From Octopus vulgaris (lineage: Eukaryota): a stretch of 64,000 nucleotides of DNA. Location: the NCBI GenBank assembly GCA_951406725.2, contig OX597828.1, forward strand, positions 66,588,001 to 66,652,000. Direction: 5' to 3'. Below are positions 38,593 through 52,043 of this stretch, in pieces. How positions within the stretch are numbered: position 1 is the first letter of the stretch; each line of letters opens with the position of its first letter. The notes beneath the pieces were generated by a model. That model ran no database searches, had not been told where the DNA came from, and worked only from the letters and a program-made list of their open reading frames with translations. The position numbers and the translations under genes are program-made.

Positions 38593-41500
38593 TATAGGTT
38601 AGTAGAGAAACAAATGATTTATAAAGGGCAGAGGGGGAAATCCATCTGAATGGAGAGTGAAGATAACATAAAGAAGGTAAAAAAGGGTTATCTTAAATGG
38701 ATCATGATAACAGAAATAAGAGCAACTGTGCCAAAAAAAAAGAAAGAAAAAGTTTGAAGAATAATCAATGATATTTTACAATAGACTGACTGATACTATT
38801 TTCCCCTCTCACCATATAATATCTCCAGTTAGCTTTTAATGCCATCTATGTTGAATATGTTCACACAAGTTCCCACTATTGTTTTTCATGTAAATGGAAT
38901 TTGTGTAATTTAGTCTCTAAATAGGTAACAAATTGGCAGAGTCGTTAGAACATTCTACTGCCCACTACCAGAAAAGTACTTCAATAGTGGGCAGTGAACA
39001 ACCATTTTCAGATGAAAGCTAATAACTCAAACTATATTAGATATCAGTAAAGATATTTACAAAAATGTGGTTCTTGGAGAGTTTTTAGATTAAATGATTA
39101 AATGTGCATTTGATAGATGTATTAATATTTAGAATGGAAATTGCAGCTGTGATACCAGTGCCGGTGGTACGTAAGAGAACTATCCGAACATGGCCATTGC
39201 CAGCGCCGCCCTGACTGGCCTCGTGCCGGTGGCACGTAAAAAGCACCATCTGATCGTAGCCGTTGCCAGCCTCGCCCGGCCCCCGTGCTGGTGGCACGTA
39301 AAAAGCACCATCCGATTGTGGCCGTTGCCAGCCTCGCCCGGCCCCCGTGCTGGTGGCACGTAAAAAGCACCATCCGATTGTGGCCGTTTGCCAGCCTCTC
39401 CTGGCACGTAAAAAGCATCCACTACACTCATGGAGTGGTTGGCGTTAGGAAGGGCATCCAGCCGTAGAAACATTGCCAGATCAAACTGGGCCTGGTGCAG
39501 CCTTCTGGCTTCCCAGACCGCAGTTGAACTGTCCAACCCATGCTAGCATTATTAACCAAAAATACCATGTGAAATATAATAGGATTTGACAAGATAGTGA
39601 TGATGTTTAAATGTTTACATTACAAGTTAACACTACTACATGCTATCTCTCAACTTGTATACTGGAAAATACAGTTTTCCAAACATTTGCTTATAAATGG
39701 TTTCAAATTTCGGCACAAGGCCAGCACTGCAGGGGAGGGGGTAAGTCAATTACACTGACCCCAGTGCTCAACTGCTACTTATTTTATCAACCCTGAAAGG
39801 ATAAAAGGCAAAGTGAACCTTGGCGGAATTTGAACTCAGAACATGGAAAGATGGGCAAAATGCCACTAAACATTTTGCTTGGCATGCTAATGATTCTGCC
39901 AGCTTGCCACCTTACAATGACAGGTATTTTCCTAAATACTTCGTTATTTTCAAAATTAAGTGAAAAAAAAAAGCTAAAGAAATGTGTGACCTTAGTATAT
40001 TGTATTTGCAACAGTGTTTGGGATCCTATATATTCGTCTAATGTATTCGTATAATAATCTTTTTTGTTTGCAAGTTTCCAATATAATAAAATGCTAGAAA
40101 TTTAGAAGGATAACTCAAGTGTGAAGATGAAAAGTGAAAGATAGAGTTTAACCCTTTTGTTACTGTATTTATTTTGAGATGCTCTGTGTTTCTTTCAATT
40201 ATTTTAAATATAACAAAGAATTCAGTAGAATAACTTAGTTATCATTAAGCTAGTGTTAGGAACATAAATTGCGACTAAAGTTTGGTGGTGTATTTTAATG
40301 AAAAACTTATGAAAACAAGACATTTATACTACAGAGCAGGTTTTGGCCAGGTTGGTAACGAAAGGGTTAAGGGAAAGAGAAAGTATGACAGATGAAGAAT
40401 GGGGATTAGAAGGAAAATAAGGCAGAGAAAAAGAACATTATTGACAACAATAAATAATATGGTACAGTTATATTTTTGTTTCTGTTTTAGAATATGGCAC
40501 TGGTTGCTATTAAAGATCATATTTGCATATCATCGAGGTTGTAACCATATGATGGTATTTTTTTTCATTTCAAGTTATGATACAGGTTCTATGAGTGCAG
40601 TTTACAACAATACATGATTTAGCAATATAGTGTTGCTTGCAGTTTTAACAACATCTAGTATGATAATAGGTTACAGGAGACAGCAAATCAACCTCATTCT
40701 AAATATTAGTACATGTATCAAATGCACATTTAATCATTTAATCTAAAAACTTGCACGTAAAAGAACCATCCGAACATGGCTGTTGCCAGCGCCGCTTTGA
40801 CTGGCTTCCATGCTGGTGGCACGTAAAAAGTACCAACCGATCGTGGCCGTTGCCAGCCCCGCCTGGCGAGTAAAAAGCACCCACTACATTCATGGAGTGG
40901 TTGGCGTTAGGAAGGGCATCCAGCTGTAGAAACACTGCTAGATCAGACTGGGCCTGGTGCAGCCTCCTGGCTTCCCAGACCCCGGTCGAACCGTCCAACC
41001 CATGCTAGCATGGAAAGCGGATGTTAAACGATGATGATGATATCTAATATAGTTTGAGTTATTAGTTTTCATCTGAAAATGGTTGTTCACTGTCCACTAT
41101 TGAAGTACTTTTCTGGTAGTGGGTAGTAGAATGTTCTAATGACTCTGCCAATTTGTTACCTATTTAGAGACTAAATTATACAAATTCCATTTACATGAAA
41201 AACAATAGTGGAAATTTGTGTGAACATATTCAACATGCGACGCAATGGCCCAGTGGTTAGGGCAGCGGACTCGCAGTTGGAGGATCGCGGTTTCATTTCC
41301 CAGACCGGGCATTGTTTATTGAGTGTTTATTGAGCGAAAACACCCAAAGCTCCACAAGGCTCCGGCAGGGAGTGGTGGTGAACCCTGCTGTACTCTTTTA
41401 TGACCAACCCATGCTAGCACGGAAAACGGATGTTAAACGATGATGATGATATTATTAAAAGCTAACTGGAGATATATATATGGTGAAAGGGAAAAATAGT

Positions 41501-41697
41501 ATCAGTCACTCTATTGTAAAATAACATTGATTATTCTTCTTCAAACTTTTTTTCTTTTGCACAGTTGCTCTTATTTCTGTTATCATGATCCATTTAAGAT
41601 AACTCTTTTTCACCTTCTTTATGTTATCTTCATTCTCCATTCAGATGGATTTCTCCCTCAGCCCTTTATAAATCATTTGTTTCTCTACTAACCTATA
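38593..41697. repeat. Long inverted duplication: arms 38593-39136 and 40695-41697 (right arm split by repeat insertions)
   Basis: For example, ggttagtagagaaacaaatgatttataaaggg (38597) versus ccctttataaatcatttgtttctctactaacc (~41662-41693); colinear for ~540 bp. Confidence 0.92.
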
Positions 41698-42094
41698 CTT
41701 TCGTGTCATTTCTCCTCAATAATTCACATCTCATATTCATCTCTGAAAGTAATATAAATCTTGCCTATCTTAGACTTATTCTTCCTGCCTCCATCCCCTC
41801 TTTCTCAGATTTTTTGATAAAACAGTCTCGATACTGGAGCAAGGCACTATCACATAATCAAGATGACATACGATTAAACACTTCATGAGGCAACTGATAT
41901 CTCTCGCTTCGTATTCTCCAGCAGAGTGAGAAGAGAACTATTTTTATTCATGGTTGAATTTGTTTGGATGAGGGGTAGGATGGTAGAAGCACATTAACAT
42001 AATATTGCTCCTACTTTTAACTTTGTCTTGTATTGTAATACCATAATCTGCATAAAATCTCATACAAAATTATTGTAATCTAAATATATTTACC

Positions 42095-42319
42095 CTTTTA
42101 CTCATTTACTTGTTTCAGTCATTTGACTGCGGCCATGCTGGAGCACCGCCTTTAGTTGAGCAAATCAACCCCAGGACTTATTCTTTGTAAGCCTAGTGCT
42201 TATTCTATCGGTCTCTTTTGCTGAACCACTAAGTTACGGGGACGTAAACACACCAGCATTGGTTGTCAAGCGATGTTGGGTGGGGGGACAAACACAGACA
42301 TACAAACATATGCACATAC

Positions 42320-42368
<49 letters not shown>

Positions 42369-42548
42369 TACATATACATATATACGACAGGCTTCTTTCA
42401 GTTTCCATCTACCAAATCCACTCACAAGGCTTTGGTCAGCCCGAGGCCATAGTAGAAGACACTTGCCCAAGGTGCGACGCAGTGGGACTGAACCCGGAAC
42501 CGTGTGGTTGGTAAGCAAACTACTTACCACACAGCCACTCCTGTGCCT
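42095..42548 (-). mobile_element. tRNA/CORE-type SINE with internal (CA/TA)n. Copies at ~7140-7515, 35215-35455, 54600-54995, 55921-56328, 58625-58985 and 62247-62687
   Basis: Head ggagtggctgtgtggtaag...ggttcagtcccact, CORE-like accttgggcaagtg, 3' gactgaaacaagtaaa tail. Confidence 0.82.
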
Positions 42549-42959
42549 ATTTGTTTATTTAAAATAACAGTAAAATCTTAATTCAATTTTAATTAAAAAA
42601 ATACCCCTGTTACAGTTCATTTTGAATGCCATCCGCTCACTCTCTGCTGCTCTCATTCACTGCAATCACCTTTTATTCTCTGACATACTATCTCGAGAGA
42701 TTTAACCCTTTAGCATTCAGATCACTCAGTCAAACGTAATACTTGTTTATTGAAATTGGTTTGAATTAATTCTATATCATCAAGTGGTTTCAAGATTTCA
42801 AAGATGTTGATTGTATATTTTAAAAATGACATTGTATGGTAGGTGTGAGAGGCTGAATCTGGCTGGTTTGAACATAAAACATTAGAATATATGGACCTGA
42901 TGTGGTCAGTTTAAATGCTAAATGCACATTTTCACATTCAGTAAACAGTTAGTGATTAT

Positions 42960-43225
42960 CAATGAAGATAATTTCATTCATTACCTCATAATGCGTTTCA
43001 CTATGATTATGAATAAAGTACAAGGACAGATCTTTAAAGCAATCAGTCTGGATTTCTCAATCCCATGCTTCTTTCAAGGACAATTATTATACATTGCAGC
43101 TTCCAGAACTGGAGATACTGAGGAATTATCATGGTTCCAATAACCAAACAAGTAATACTGTCTACCAAGAGGCTTTATCTGATTGATGCATTTTTGCAGG
43201 AGATAAACGGGCCAGTCAAGTCAGT
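42960..43225 (+). mobile_element. Helitron relic: PIF1-type helicase C-terminus and element 3' end
   Basis: FTMIMNKVQGQIFKAISLDFSIPCFFQGQLLYIAASRTG matches FAMTINKSQGQT...LDL..PCFSHGQLYVA.SRVG; followed by T.NTVYQEAL near a stop. Confidence 0.8.
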
Positions 43226-44524
43226 AATGAGGCCGATTAATAGTAAAATTATCAGATATAGTTTATTAAAAAACATTTAATCAACATGGCTAAATTTTTC
43301 CCTTAATTAATCATAGCTGAAAATCAGCTTGTTGCTTGGGCATTTGACCGGGTCACTAGGCTGGCTTATAAACAGCTAAGATTTACAATCTAATGTGAAG
43401 ACAATTAATGCTTTGATCAAAGCATTAGATCAAAGATCTAATGCTTTGATCAAAGAAAGCTGAGACGACAGTTGACTTTACAATAGGATTAAATGTTTGA
43501 GATGTCAATAAACATCACACAATCCTTTTCTTTCAAAATATATGTGCTCTGTACTTTAGCAATAACTGAAAAGAGTGGGTGATTTAGCACTAACAGTGCT
43601 GAGTAATGTGTGTACAGTCTATAGTTTTAGCTCACCATTCAAATTCTGTTAGACTCAACCGTGCCTCCTATTCCTCTTGGGTAGAGAAAATCATCAGAAA
43701 TCTTATAAAGAGACTTTTCAACATCAGCAAAGGATATCATTATTATTATTATTATAATTTCACTGTTATTTAGTGATTCTCCACTATTATTTACAGGTGG
43801 TATCAATCTATAAACAGAGAATAAAGGACACGTAAGCTATTTCTAAAACCCGACAAACCTGCAAAACCAGAAACAACTATGAATTTCTTTCTATATCTCC
43901 TTATTTGTAAAAATAAGATTTTCTCTTTCTTCTATTATACACAAGATTCTCTCATGTCAGTTCTATTTTGGCAATAATTTCTGGTTATTTTTTCTTGGTG
44001 GTTTTTTTTTTTTTTGTGAAAATGTTTTATTCATGACAATATTTTGCAGCTTAGCCAAATTATTTGCATTTTCAGCAAATAACTGAAAACGAGGTAATTT
44101 CTACTCTTCTCCTCTGGAAGCCATCTGCTCGCGATACCAGAGGGCGCACACTCTCCTACCCTGATGTAATTTCCAGGGATACAGGCATCCAACAACATGA
44201 CCTCCGTAATGCTATGATGGACTGTGAAGTCTTGTGTAACAGTAAATTCCATTTTCTCGCCTACTGTCGAACGATGAAGATGATGACTGCTTTCTTAGCC
44301 AAACATTTTTTTTTTTTTTTACATATCAAAATGATATATCTTTAGACTCACCAAAGCCAACAATGAGACCGACACTATGAGTTAGACTATCGCTTTAGCT
44401 GCTATTCAAGCAACGATTGCCCTTCCTATTTACCTGCCATGTTATCAAAAGAATTTAATACAGTGGTGTTTTTGTACATTTTAAAAGAAGTTAGGAAGGC
44501 TGTGAGTGAAATTTAGTACATATA

Positions 44525-44894
44525 TCTCTCTATATATATAAAAGGCAAAATGTCTGTCTGTGTGCATGTCCTTTATACAAATCCATAATTTTTCCATTAG
44601 AGGGCTCGCACTTTCTATGGTCATTCAAAACCGTCCAAGGGTGGTCGTGCACATCTTTATATTTCCCCAGTCACCCTGCAAAGCCATTAAAAAATCAATA
44701 GAAGTGACTTTTTTGTGAATTTTCTATCCAAAACCCAATCAAAATGCCCGAAACTTGATACGTCAATTGAATGCCAGCTAGCTGTATGTGATTGGTTGGA
44801 GATTTGGACAGTACTCGCGTGTATGTGTGCACGCACACAGCTGTGTATGCATGCACTAGCACTATGACCCGGTGTTGCCGGGTTATAGTGCTAG
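44525..44894 (+). mobile_element. Non-autonomous Helitron
   Basis: A|TC...tatatataaaaggcaaaatgtctgtctg 5' end; subterminal hairpin; CTAG|T 3' end; no TSD. Confidence 0.82.
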
Positions 44895-47800
44895 TATTCA
44901 TATACTGCAGTAACAAAACCATAATGAAACATGTCATATACTGATGGCTCTCAATTAGCTACTTCTGTATCATATGTCTGTCCAAACAGAGTTAACCGGG
45001 AGAAACTTTTGAAGTCAGCTCAATAATTAAAAGAACCAGAGTTGATATTTGCTCATAACAAGTTCCCTGCATAAGGTTTGATGGTTCAAATTCCAAAGCT
45101 GACAATTATTAGGGACAATGACATGAGAAGAGAAAAAGAGTAAGTTGGTCAATATATTCTGAATCAATCACACAAGCTAAATAGTTTTGACCAATTTGTC
45201 ACTTCAGTTGTTTAACCAGCTACCATCTCTTCTCATTGTATTAGTGATAGAGTACCCTTACTACAGGTATTGTGGAACTCTGTCAGTTACGACGACAAGG
45301 GTACCAGTTGATCCGATCAACAGAACAGCCTGCTCATGAAATTAACGTGCAAGTGGCTGAGCACTCCACAGACACGTGTACCCTTAACGTAGTTCTTGGA
45401 GAGATTCAGCATGACAGAGTGTAACAAGGCAGGCCCTTTGCAATACAGGTACAACAGAAACAGGAAGAAAGAGTGAGAGAATGTTGAGTGAAAGAGTACT
45501 GCAGGGTTCACCATCACCCTCTGCCAGAGCCTCATGGAGCTTTAATTGTTTTTTGAAACCATGATCCTACGGCCGCAAGTCCGCTGTCCTAACCACAGTG
45601 CCATTGTGCCTCCACTACATGTGTAGTTACTACATGTGTACCTACTCATCATATCAGTAAGTTATAGAGTATTTCACATACATGGTACCTTTAATGCAGA
45701 AAAGCCTGCCAGAAAGGTAGCCTTTTAACTCTTTAAGCATTTAAATCAGTCATAATTGGCCTTAATATTTTATGCGTTTTATGCTAAACTGACCAGATCC
45801 AACCTCTTAGACCTACCCTACAATGTCATTCTTAAAGTATACAAACACACCATTGAAATCTTGAAGCTACAAAATAATGAATGATTAATTCAAAACAATA
45901 TGAATAAATAAGCATTACATTTGACAAAGAGATCTGAATGCTAAAGGGTTTAATTAGTCTCTCTGATGGGCTTCCCCAGGTTTTGTTTATTCAATTTCAT
46001 TCACAGGCTTGGGACAACTTGCAGCTATGGCAGAAGATACTTGCCCAAAATGCCATGCAATGGGACCAGCCTTGGAACTTCATGATTGTGAAGCAAACTT
46101 TCTAACCACATGATATTATTTATTATTGTTCGACTGTGGTCGAGACAATGGAATTTACTATGTTACGCCAGACTTCATGGTCCATCATAGCATTACGGAG
46201 GTGCTGTTGCTGGATGCCTGAATCCCTGGAGATATCAATATTAAGTATTGTTAAAGGTTGTCTTAAAAGAGTGATACGATAAAAGGAGATTTGTGACTTA
46301 ATAGAATCGTTGAGAGCTTTATCTTGACAATTATACTGGAGCACAGTAGCAGCTATATGAGTGCCACATGGGCCTGATCTGGGTTTCATGCAATACTGCA
46401 GGTCACATAAAACAAAAGAAACTGGCCTTGCAGATATTACATAATTTCGAGTGAGTGTAGCAAAGACAACCCAATGAGAAAGGCTGTGAGATAGTGGTGA
46501 TAATAGTAATAGCAGTAATGGTGGTGTTGATACTCGTAAGATGACAGGAAAAAATCAAAATCAAAAAAATACACTAGGTAACAGGGGTCAAAGGGCACCA
46601 CCCAACGAGTGCATCCGTCTAAATCCTACCATTAAACGGTGAGTAAATTTATTATTCTTCGCAGTTGACTTGACCTTGCTGTATTTTGCACTGATTCATG
46701 TCAGTGCAACCACAGCAAGCATTGCTGCTGCTGCCATCCCAAAGCGCAGAGAGATAAGCGGGTGTTTAACGCAGCCCTTCACACTGAATTACACCCAAGA
46801 GCTGTCATGTCAAAAAAATGCCCTCAGAGCATGTTAGACATGCACTAAATAACCTTGTTGACTTCCTGTAGTAAAAGGAAAGGCCTCACAGTTATCAGTG
46901 TTGTGACCTTCCATCACAATACCAATGACAGCAACAAAAATAACATTTCATTTAATTTTTTGGTTTCGGCTTCTTAATTTTATTGAATTTTTGTTAACCG
47001 AACACCAGTATTCACTGCTGCCGGCTGCTACTACTACACCTACTACTGGCATGTATGATAATAGTTAATATAAACATCTTAATAGAGGTAGAATATTGTG
47101 GCCACATGCAAAAACTAACTACTTTGTTTACTTGAGAAACTGATATGACACCCAGCTTGTGACTGAAGGGCCTACATGAATGTACTGACCCCTGTTGGTT
47201 AATCCATGTGTACAAAATATTCCTGACAGTTCATACCAAAATATATTCCTATAATAGCTCATATCAACACTTGATTTTACAGAAACATCTGACATCAGCA
47301 CAAAAAAAAAGTCTGGTTATAGAAAGAAATTTAATAATCAGTTGCTATTAAGCTTAAAGTAGGAAACTATCTATGAATCTGTTTGTGAGTTCAAACTCAA
47401 TTACAACCAAGACCAGTAGCCTATCATAGGTACTGAAATTTGGAACATGTTTAACCCTTTTGATACCAACCCGGCTGAAACCGGCTCTGGCTCTGTAGTA
47501 CAAATGTCTCATTTTCGTAAGTTTTGAATTAAAATCTTCCACCAGACCTTTGTCACAATTTATGTTCCTAACACTAGCTTAATGATGACCAAGTTATTTT
47601 ACTAAATTCTTCGTTATATTTAAAATAATTGAAAGAAATACAGAGCATCTCAAAATAAATACAGTAATGAAATTTTACATAATTTTAAAAAATTCCTTTT
47701 TATTCATAGTTTAAAAATACACACAATTCAAACTTTTGGCTTAAATTCCAGTAATAGATCATTAAATATGTTTATGGGGAGAAAGGTATGAGGATGTTAT

Positions 47801-48308
47801 GCGCTAAAAATAACAGCCCTTAAATCATGCACCATTTTTGGGGGGGGGGGTGGTTGTATAATCATGAATTCCCATGTGTAGAACACAAATTTGCCAAAAC
47901 TTTCTGAAAATTCTAAAAAAAAGTTTTTAATTACAAGGGGTTATATGGTGTGCTTAAAGCAGAATTTCACCACTGATTTTACTGTCTACCAGATCTGATT
48001 TCATGGGATTAATGTAATTAGACAGGCTTTCAAAAGTTTCATGTTCATATCCATGCTGTACACACAGGTGAAAAAATGTAACTCATCATATATTTTTGTG
48101 TTCACCTCAACTTCAGAGAGATTCCATTAAATATCATTTATAGCACTTCTCAAGTTTCTCATAATTAAAGTATTGTGGTATGAAAAAGTTGTTGACTTCT
48201 GTTTAATATTGGTATATAGAAGAGGAATAAATCTGTAATTATTGAGGGACACAATAGGTGATTGTGAGCATGAGTTCAATCCTTATGTCAGCCAAGTTAT
48301 ATACCCTA

Positions 48309-49527
48309 CTAGCTGACGTACCTGGTAATTCCTGGAAAAGCGGGGCTTATCTCTTGATCCCATTCTCATAATTGTTTTGCTAATCCAATAGGAACAATAC
48401 AAGGTATGTAGCCCTCAAAACAGTTTTTGTGCATTTATTGAGAATACCGAACTGTCTTACACAGGATCTTGTTTTTAGGAAATCCCAATAATTATGAATA
48501 CCAAAATCATGACATCAGTTATGTAACAGCATGCAAATTAGTTACCTGATAGTAACAATTCAAATAAAGTAGCCCTGGAAAGGGCTTTCATGTATTCCCA
48601 GAGTATATAGAAATTAGGAGGAAATACCAATAAGGTAAGTATACCAAAATCATGAAGCATGTCACGTAATAACAGGCAAATCGGATATGAGATAATAACA
48701 AATCAATGTCAGTAACTCTGCAAAGTTCTTCGTGCAGCGCCTGTCAATTGGCTGAAATGACATGATCGGCATCGTCATTCATGGTATATTCCTGAATAAG
48801 TCACTAACCGAAATAAGTAGATCTATTGTTGAGGAAAATACTATTTACTCGTTTCAGGGTTGTTCTGGGAAAAGTGCAAAAATTACCCTAACAGTTCAAA
48901 TACTAAGAAATAAACATACTCAACTATATTTATACCAAATAAAATGTAATATTTTGAAAAACGTTTTCACAGTTGTCATGGAAACTGTATGTTAATGGTA
49001 AAATTTGAAATATGTTGTGGCATTGATATCTCCACAACCCATGGTAAGATTTTACTCAAATGTGTCTTAAATGAAAAATCTTAGGTAGGTCTATGAAATG
49101 TCATTAAATTTATATATTTATTCAGGCCAGGGGTTAGATTGATAGTATCACTGACCTTGTCTGACAACTTCTTGTTAGAAAATCCACGTAATGTAGGATG
49201 CACACGTATTTATACACCATAATCACTGGCAACTTGTCACTCTAATGGTATTGCTTTTCTAATAAATGGAGGGAGATATGACCATTGGGCAAAATAGAAA
49301 AATAAAGAAAACTGAATGGTTTATTTCCCATTGGCCGTTAAAAGAAAAGAGATGGGTTATATCTGGACCCCAGCTGTCTGATTATAGATTTTTTTCAATG
49401 AGCCTAGTAACAAACTGGATGCTGGTTTAACATGTATGCAAAGTTTCATGAAGATTCGTTAACAGGTGTAGATGGTAACTTGACACAAACAGACAACCAA
49501 ACAGACTGCCATTTATATATGTATAGA
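48309..49527 (-). mobile_element. Non-autonomous Helitron (~1.2 kb)
   Basis: Minus strand starts A|TCTATACATATATAAATGGCAGTCTG and ends with a decayed hairpin followed by gtcagCTAG|T. Confidence 0.68.
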
Positions 49528-49689
49528 TGATTGAAGGTTAACAAACCAATGATGTCACAAGTTGTAGAATAACTAATAAGAAAACTATATTTGGTATGGA
49601 CAATAAAATGAGAACAGACTTTGGTTGTTAATGAAGGGTAGTTCCAAATATCCTCAAACTGAATATGACAGATATTTCAAGATGAAAAG

Positions 49690-50667
49690 TGAAATGGTTA
49701 GAACATTGTGACTATAATTTTGAAGAGACCAAAACAGGTGGAAACATAAAGGCAAATGGACCGGTGAATATGGAGGGTGCAGCAGAACTTCTGAACCAAG
49801 TCCCAGTAACTTCTGCCATGCCTGCAAAGAAGTGTGTGGTCTGGCATTATTGGGGTGAAAGACAATGTCCTTACAGTCAGAAAGTGCTGAACACTTCTGG
49901 TGGATCACTGCATTTAATTTGTCCAGTTGGACAGAGTGTATATCTAAATTGATGGTCCTGTCCATGGGAAGAAGCTTATATAAGACAACACCCTTCCAAT
50001 CCTACTAAAATGAAAGTATAATCTTCTTTGGGTGAAATTCTGCTTTGGAGGCTGTTGGTGGTGGTTTGCCACTTTTCTCTCAGGATCATTTGTGCTTCAC
50101 ATCATTCAAGACAACCCATTCTTCATCCCTTGTCATCATTCGCTTCCTGCAACAAATTGCAGATGGAAATCCATTAGGCAAGGTTATCCTCATTCAGTTG
50201 ATGCAGATGGGTCTCAACATCCTGTGTGGATATTTGGAGAATATCTGTGATCACCTTGATCATAGAACAGGAGCTGGTATTGACTAGCACCTTCATTTTG
50301 TTGCTGTTGGCTGGCCAGTGCATGGTGCATCTTGAACCAAAAGGTTTCACAGTTGAAATCTTGAAAATCATTTCAGGCAAAAACATTCCATAATAGCTGC
50401 CTCTCTCTACAGAACATATTTCTTCCTGCAGGTTTCCACCACTTTCTTGCCATTGTTAAAATTAAAAAAAGCATGCAGTGTTGATAATGTGTTTTGTCCA
50501 TTTTTAGGGCGATTCCATGCACACACAATACATGCCTCATTGCAAGTTTGTGTTGAACTATATTGCAATGTCAAGTCTCTAACAAGTGTGTATGCACAAG
50601 GAAGACTGGAGTTAGCTACTTATTAGAATGTCTACAAAAACTGAACAAACTTCTTGGCCAACCCAAC
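49690..50667 (-). mobile_element. Decayed mariner transposon with one TIR (ttgggttggccaagaagtttgttcag)
   Basis: IVFHPNNARPHTSL...LLHPPYSP...FHLFWSLQN; TIR at ~50641-50667. Confidence 0.88.
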
Positions 50668-51002
50668 AGATGAATATAAACCCTTTCATGCATTTTTATG
50701 TGTCTGTGCCTCTTTGTTATAGAATGTAATAGAATAGATATGTTTATTTAATTAAAGTTTTTCACATTGTGCAGCTTTGAATGCATCTGAAATTAGGTTG
50801 AACTCTTAAGTCAAGCAAATGTGGTCACACCTATCATAAATCTTAGAAGAAATTTAGAAATCAGTTTTAATTTAAATACCCCTCCTACTATTTAACCAAT
50901 TATTCATATAAAAACGGGATTGTAAATCTGTTCTCAGCCAGGTTGGCCAACAACATCCATGTTACTTGCATCAACATCACATATTTAAAGAGGTTAATTA
51001 TG

Positions 51003-51433
51003 TAAGAGGCGGTATCAAAAAGTTCCAGAACTAATTATGTTTAATAAAAAATGACTTATTTAACCTAAGTTCTAACATCATCCCCTTTGAAATAGTCACC
51101 TTGTGCGGCAATATCTGGTGAATATGGTGGATGTGGAAGTGATGCCGGTGGCACATAAAAAGCACCCACTACACTCACGGAATGATTGGCGTTAGGAAGG
51201 GCATCAAGTTGTAGAAACACTGCCAGATCAGACTGGGCCTGGTGCAGCCTCCTGGCTTCCCAGACCCCAGTTGAACCATCCAACCCATGCTAGCATGGGA
51301 AGCGGACGTTAAACGATGATGATGATGTCACTGATGAAGGTCACTGCTAGCGCTCATTGCACATGCAACCATGTGCTGCTATCTGTTGGCACACTACAGC
51401 ACGAATTTGGAAACTTTTTGAAACCACCTTGTA
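51003..51433 (-). mobile_element. Internally deleted mariner (MITE) interrupted by an RTE-tail repeat at ~51142-51327
   Basis: Imperfect TIRs taagaggcggtatcaaaaagttcc / ggaaactttttgaaaccaccttgta; remnant PHPPYSPDIA fused directly to the C-terminal QGDYFKGD. Confidence 0.8.
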
Positions 51434-52043
51434 TTCCACACTATCCATCATTTAACATAATTGTTGGGACTCCCTTCTTGCTGTCAAACTTGTTTTCAAA
51501 CTGCCAAGCGAGTGGAGTTTTTTGACGAGGAATATAAATCAATATCACCTCTGCCAAGACTGATGGGGCCACCCATCTCTCCTCATACATGCACGCACAC
51601 ACACACACACGCACCCATACATACACATGCACACATACATTTATACATACAAATGGGTGGCTTCCACACCATTTCCATCTACTGAATTTCATTCATAAGG
51701 TATTGGTCCATCTGAAGTTAAGAATAGAAAACCCCTAAGGTATTTTGTAATGGGACCAAATCCTATAACAAATGGTTGCAAAGTGAACTTTGTAACCACA
51801 CAGCCCTATTTATCCCATATTTGATTTCTGTTACGATTGTTTTAGGTTAAAGCTGAAATCAGCTCAGAGCTCCTGATTTATATTTATATACATATTTGTG
51901 TTCTATGCTGTAATTTATATTGTGGCACAGTAGCAAATCCACAGTGTCACCAGTGTCATACAGGTTTCTTTTACAGTTGTGCAAATTCTATTTATGTACT
52001 CTTCATTCTTACAAGCTCTTGGCAATAGCCCAGGTTATGTTAA

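Noticed and set aside
39200-39420. ~60-bp GC-rich direct repeats superficially like a CRISPR array
   Set aside because: No unique spacers; tandem units of the RTE 3'UTR in a eukaryotic context with no cas genes.
40491-40537. Plus-strand mini-exon (tgttttag|NMALVAIKDHICISS-AG|gttgta, phase 0-2) inside the inverted-repeat spacer, which could be an inverted ANKLE1 upstream exon
   Set aside because: Weak donor, wrong strand, and spacing does not fit the ankyrin consensus; the phase match is easily chance.
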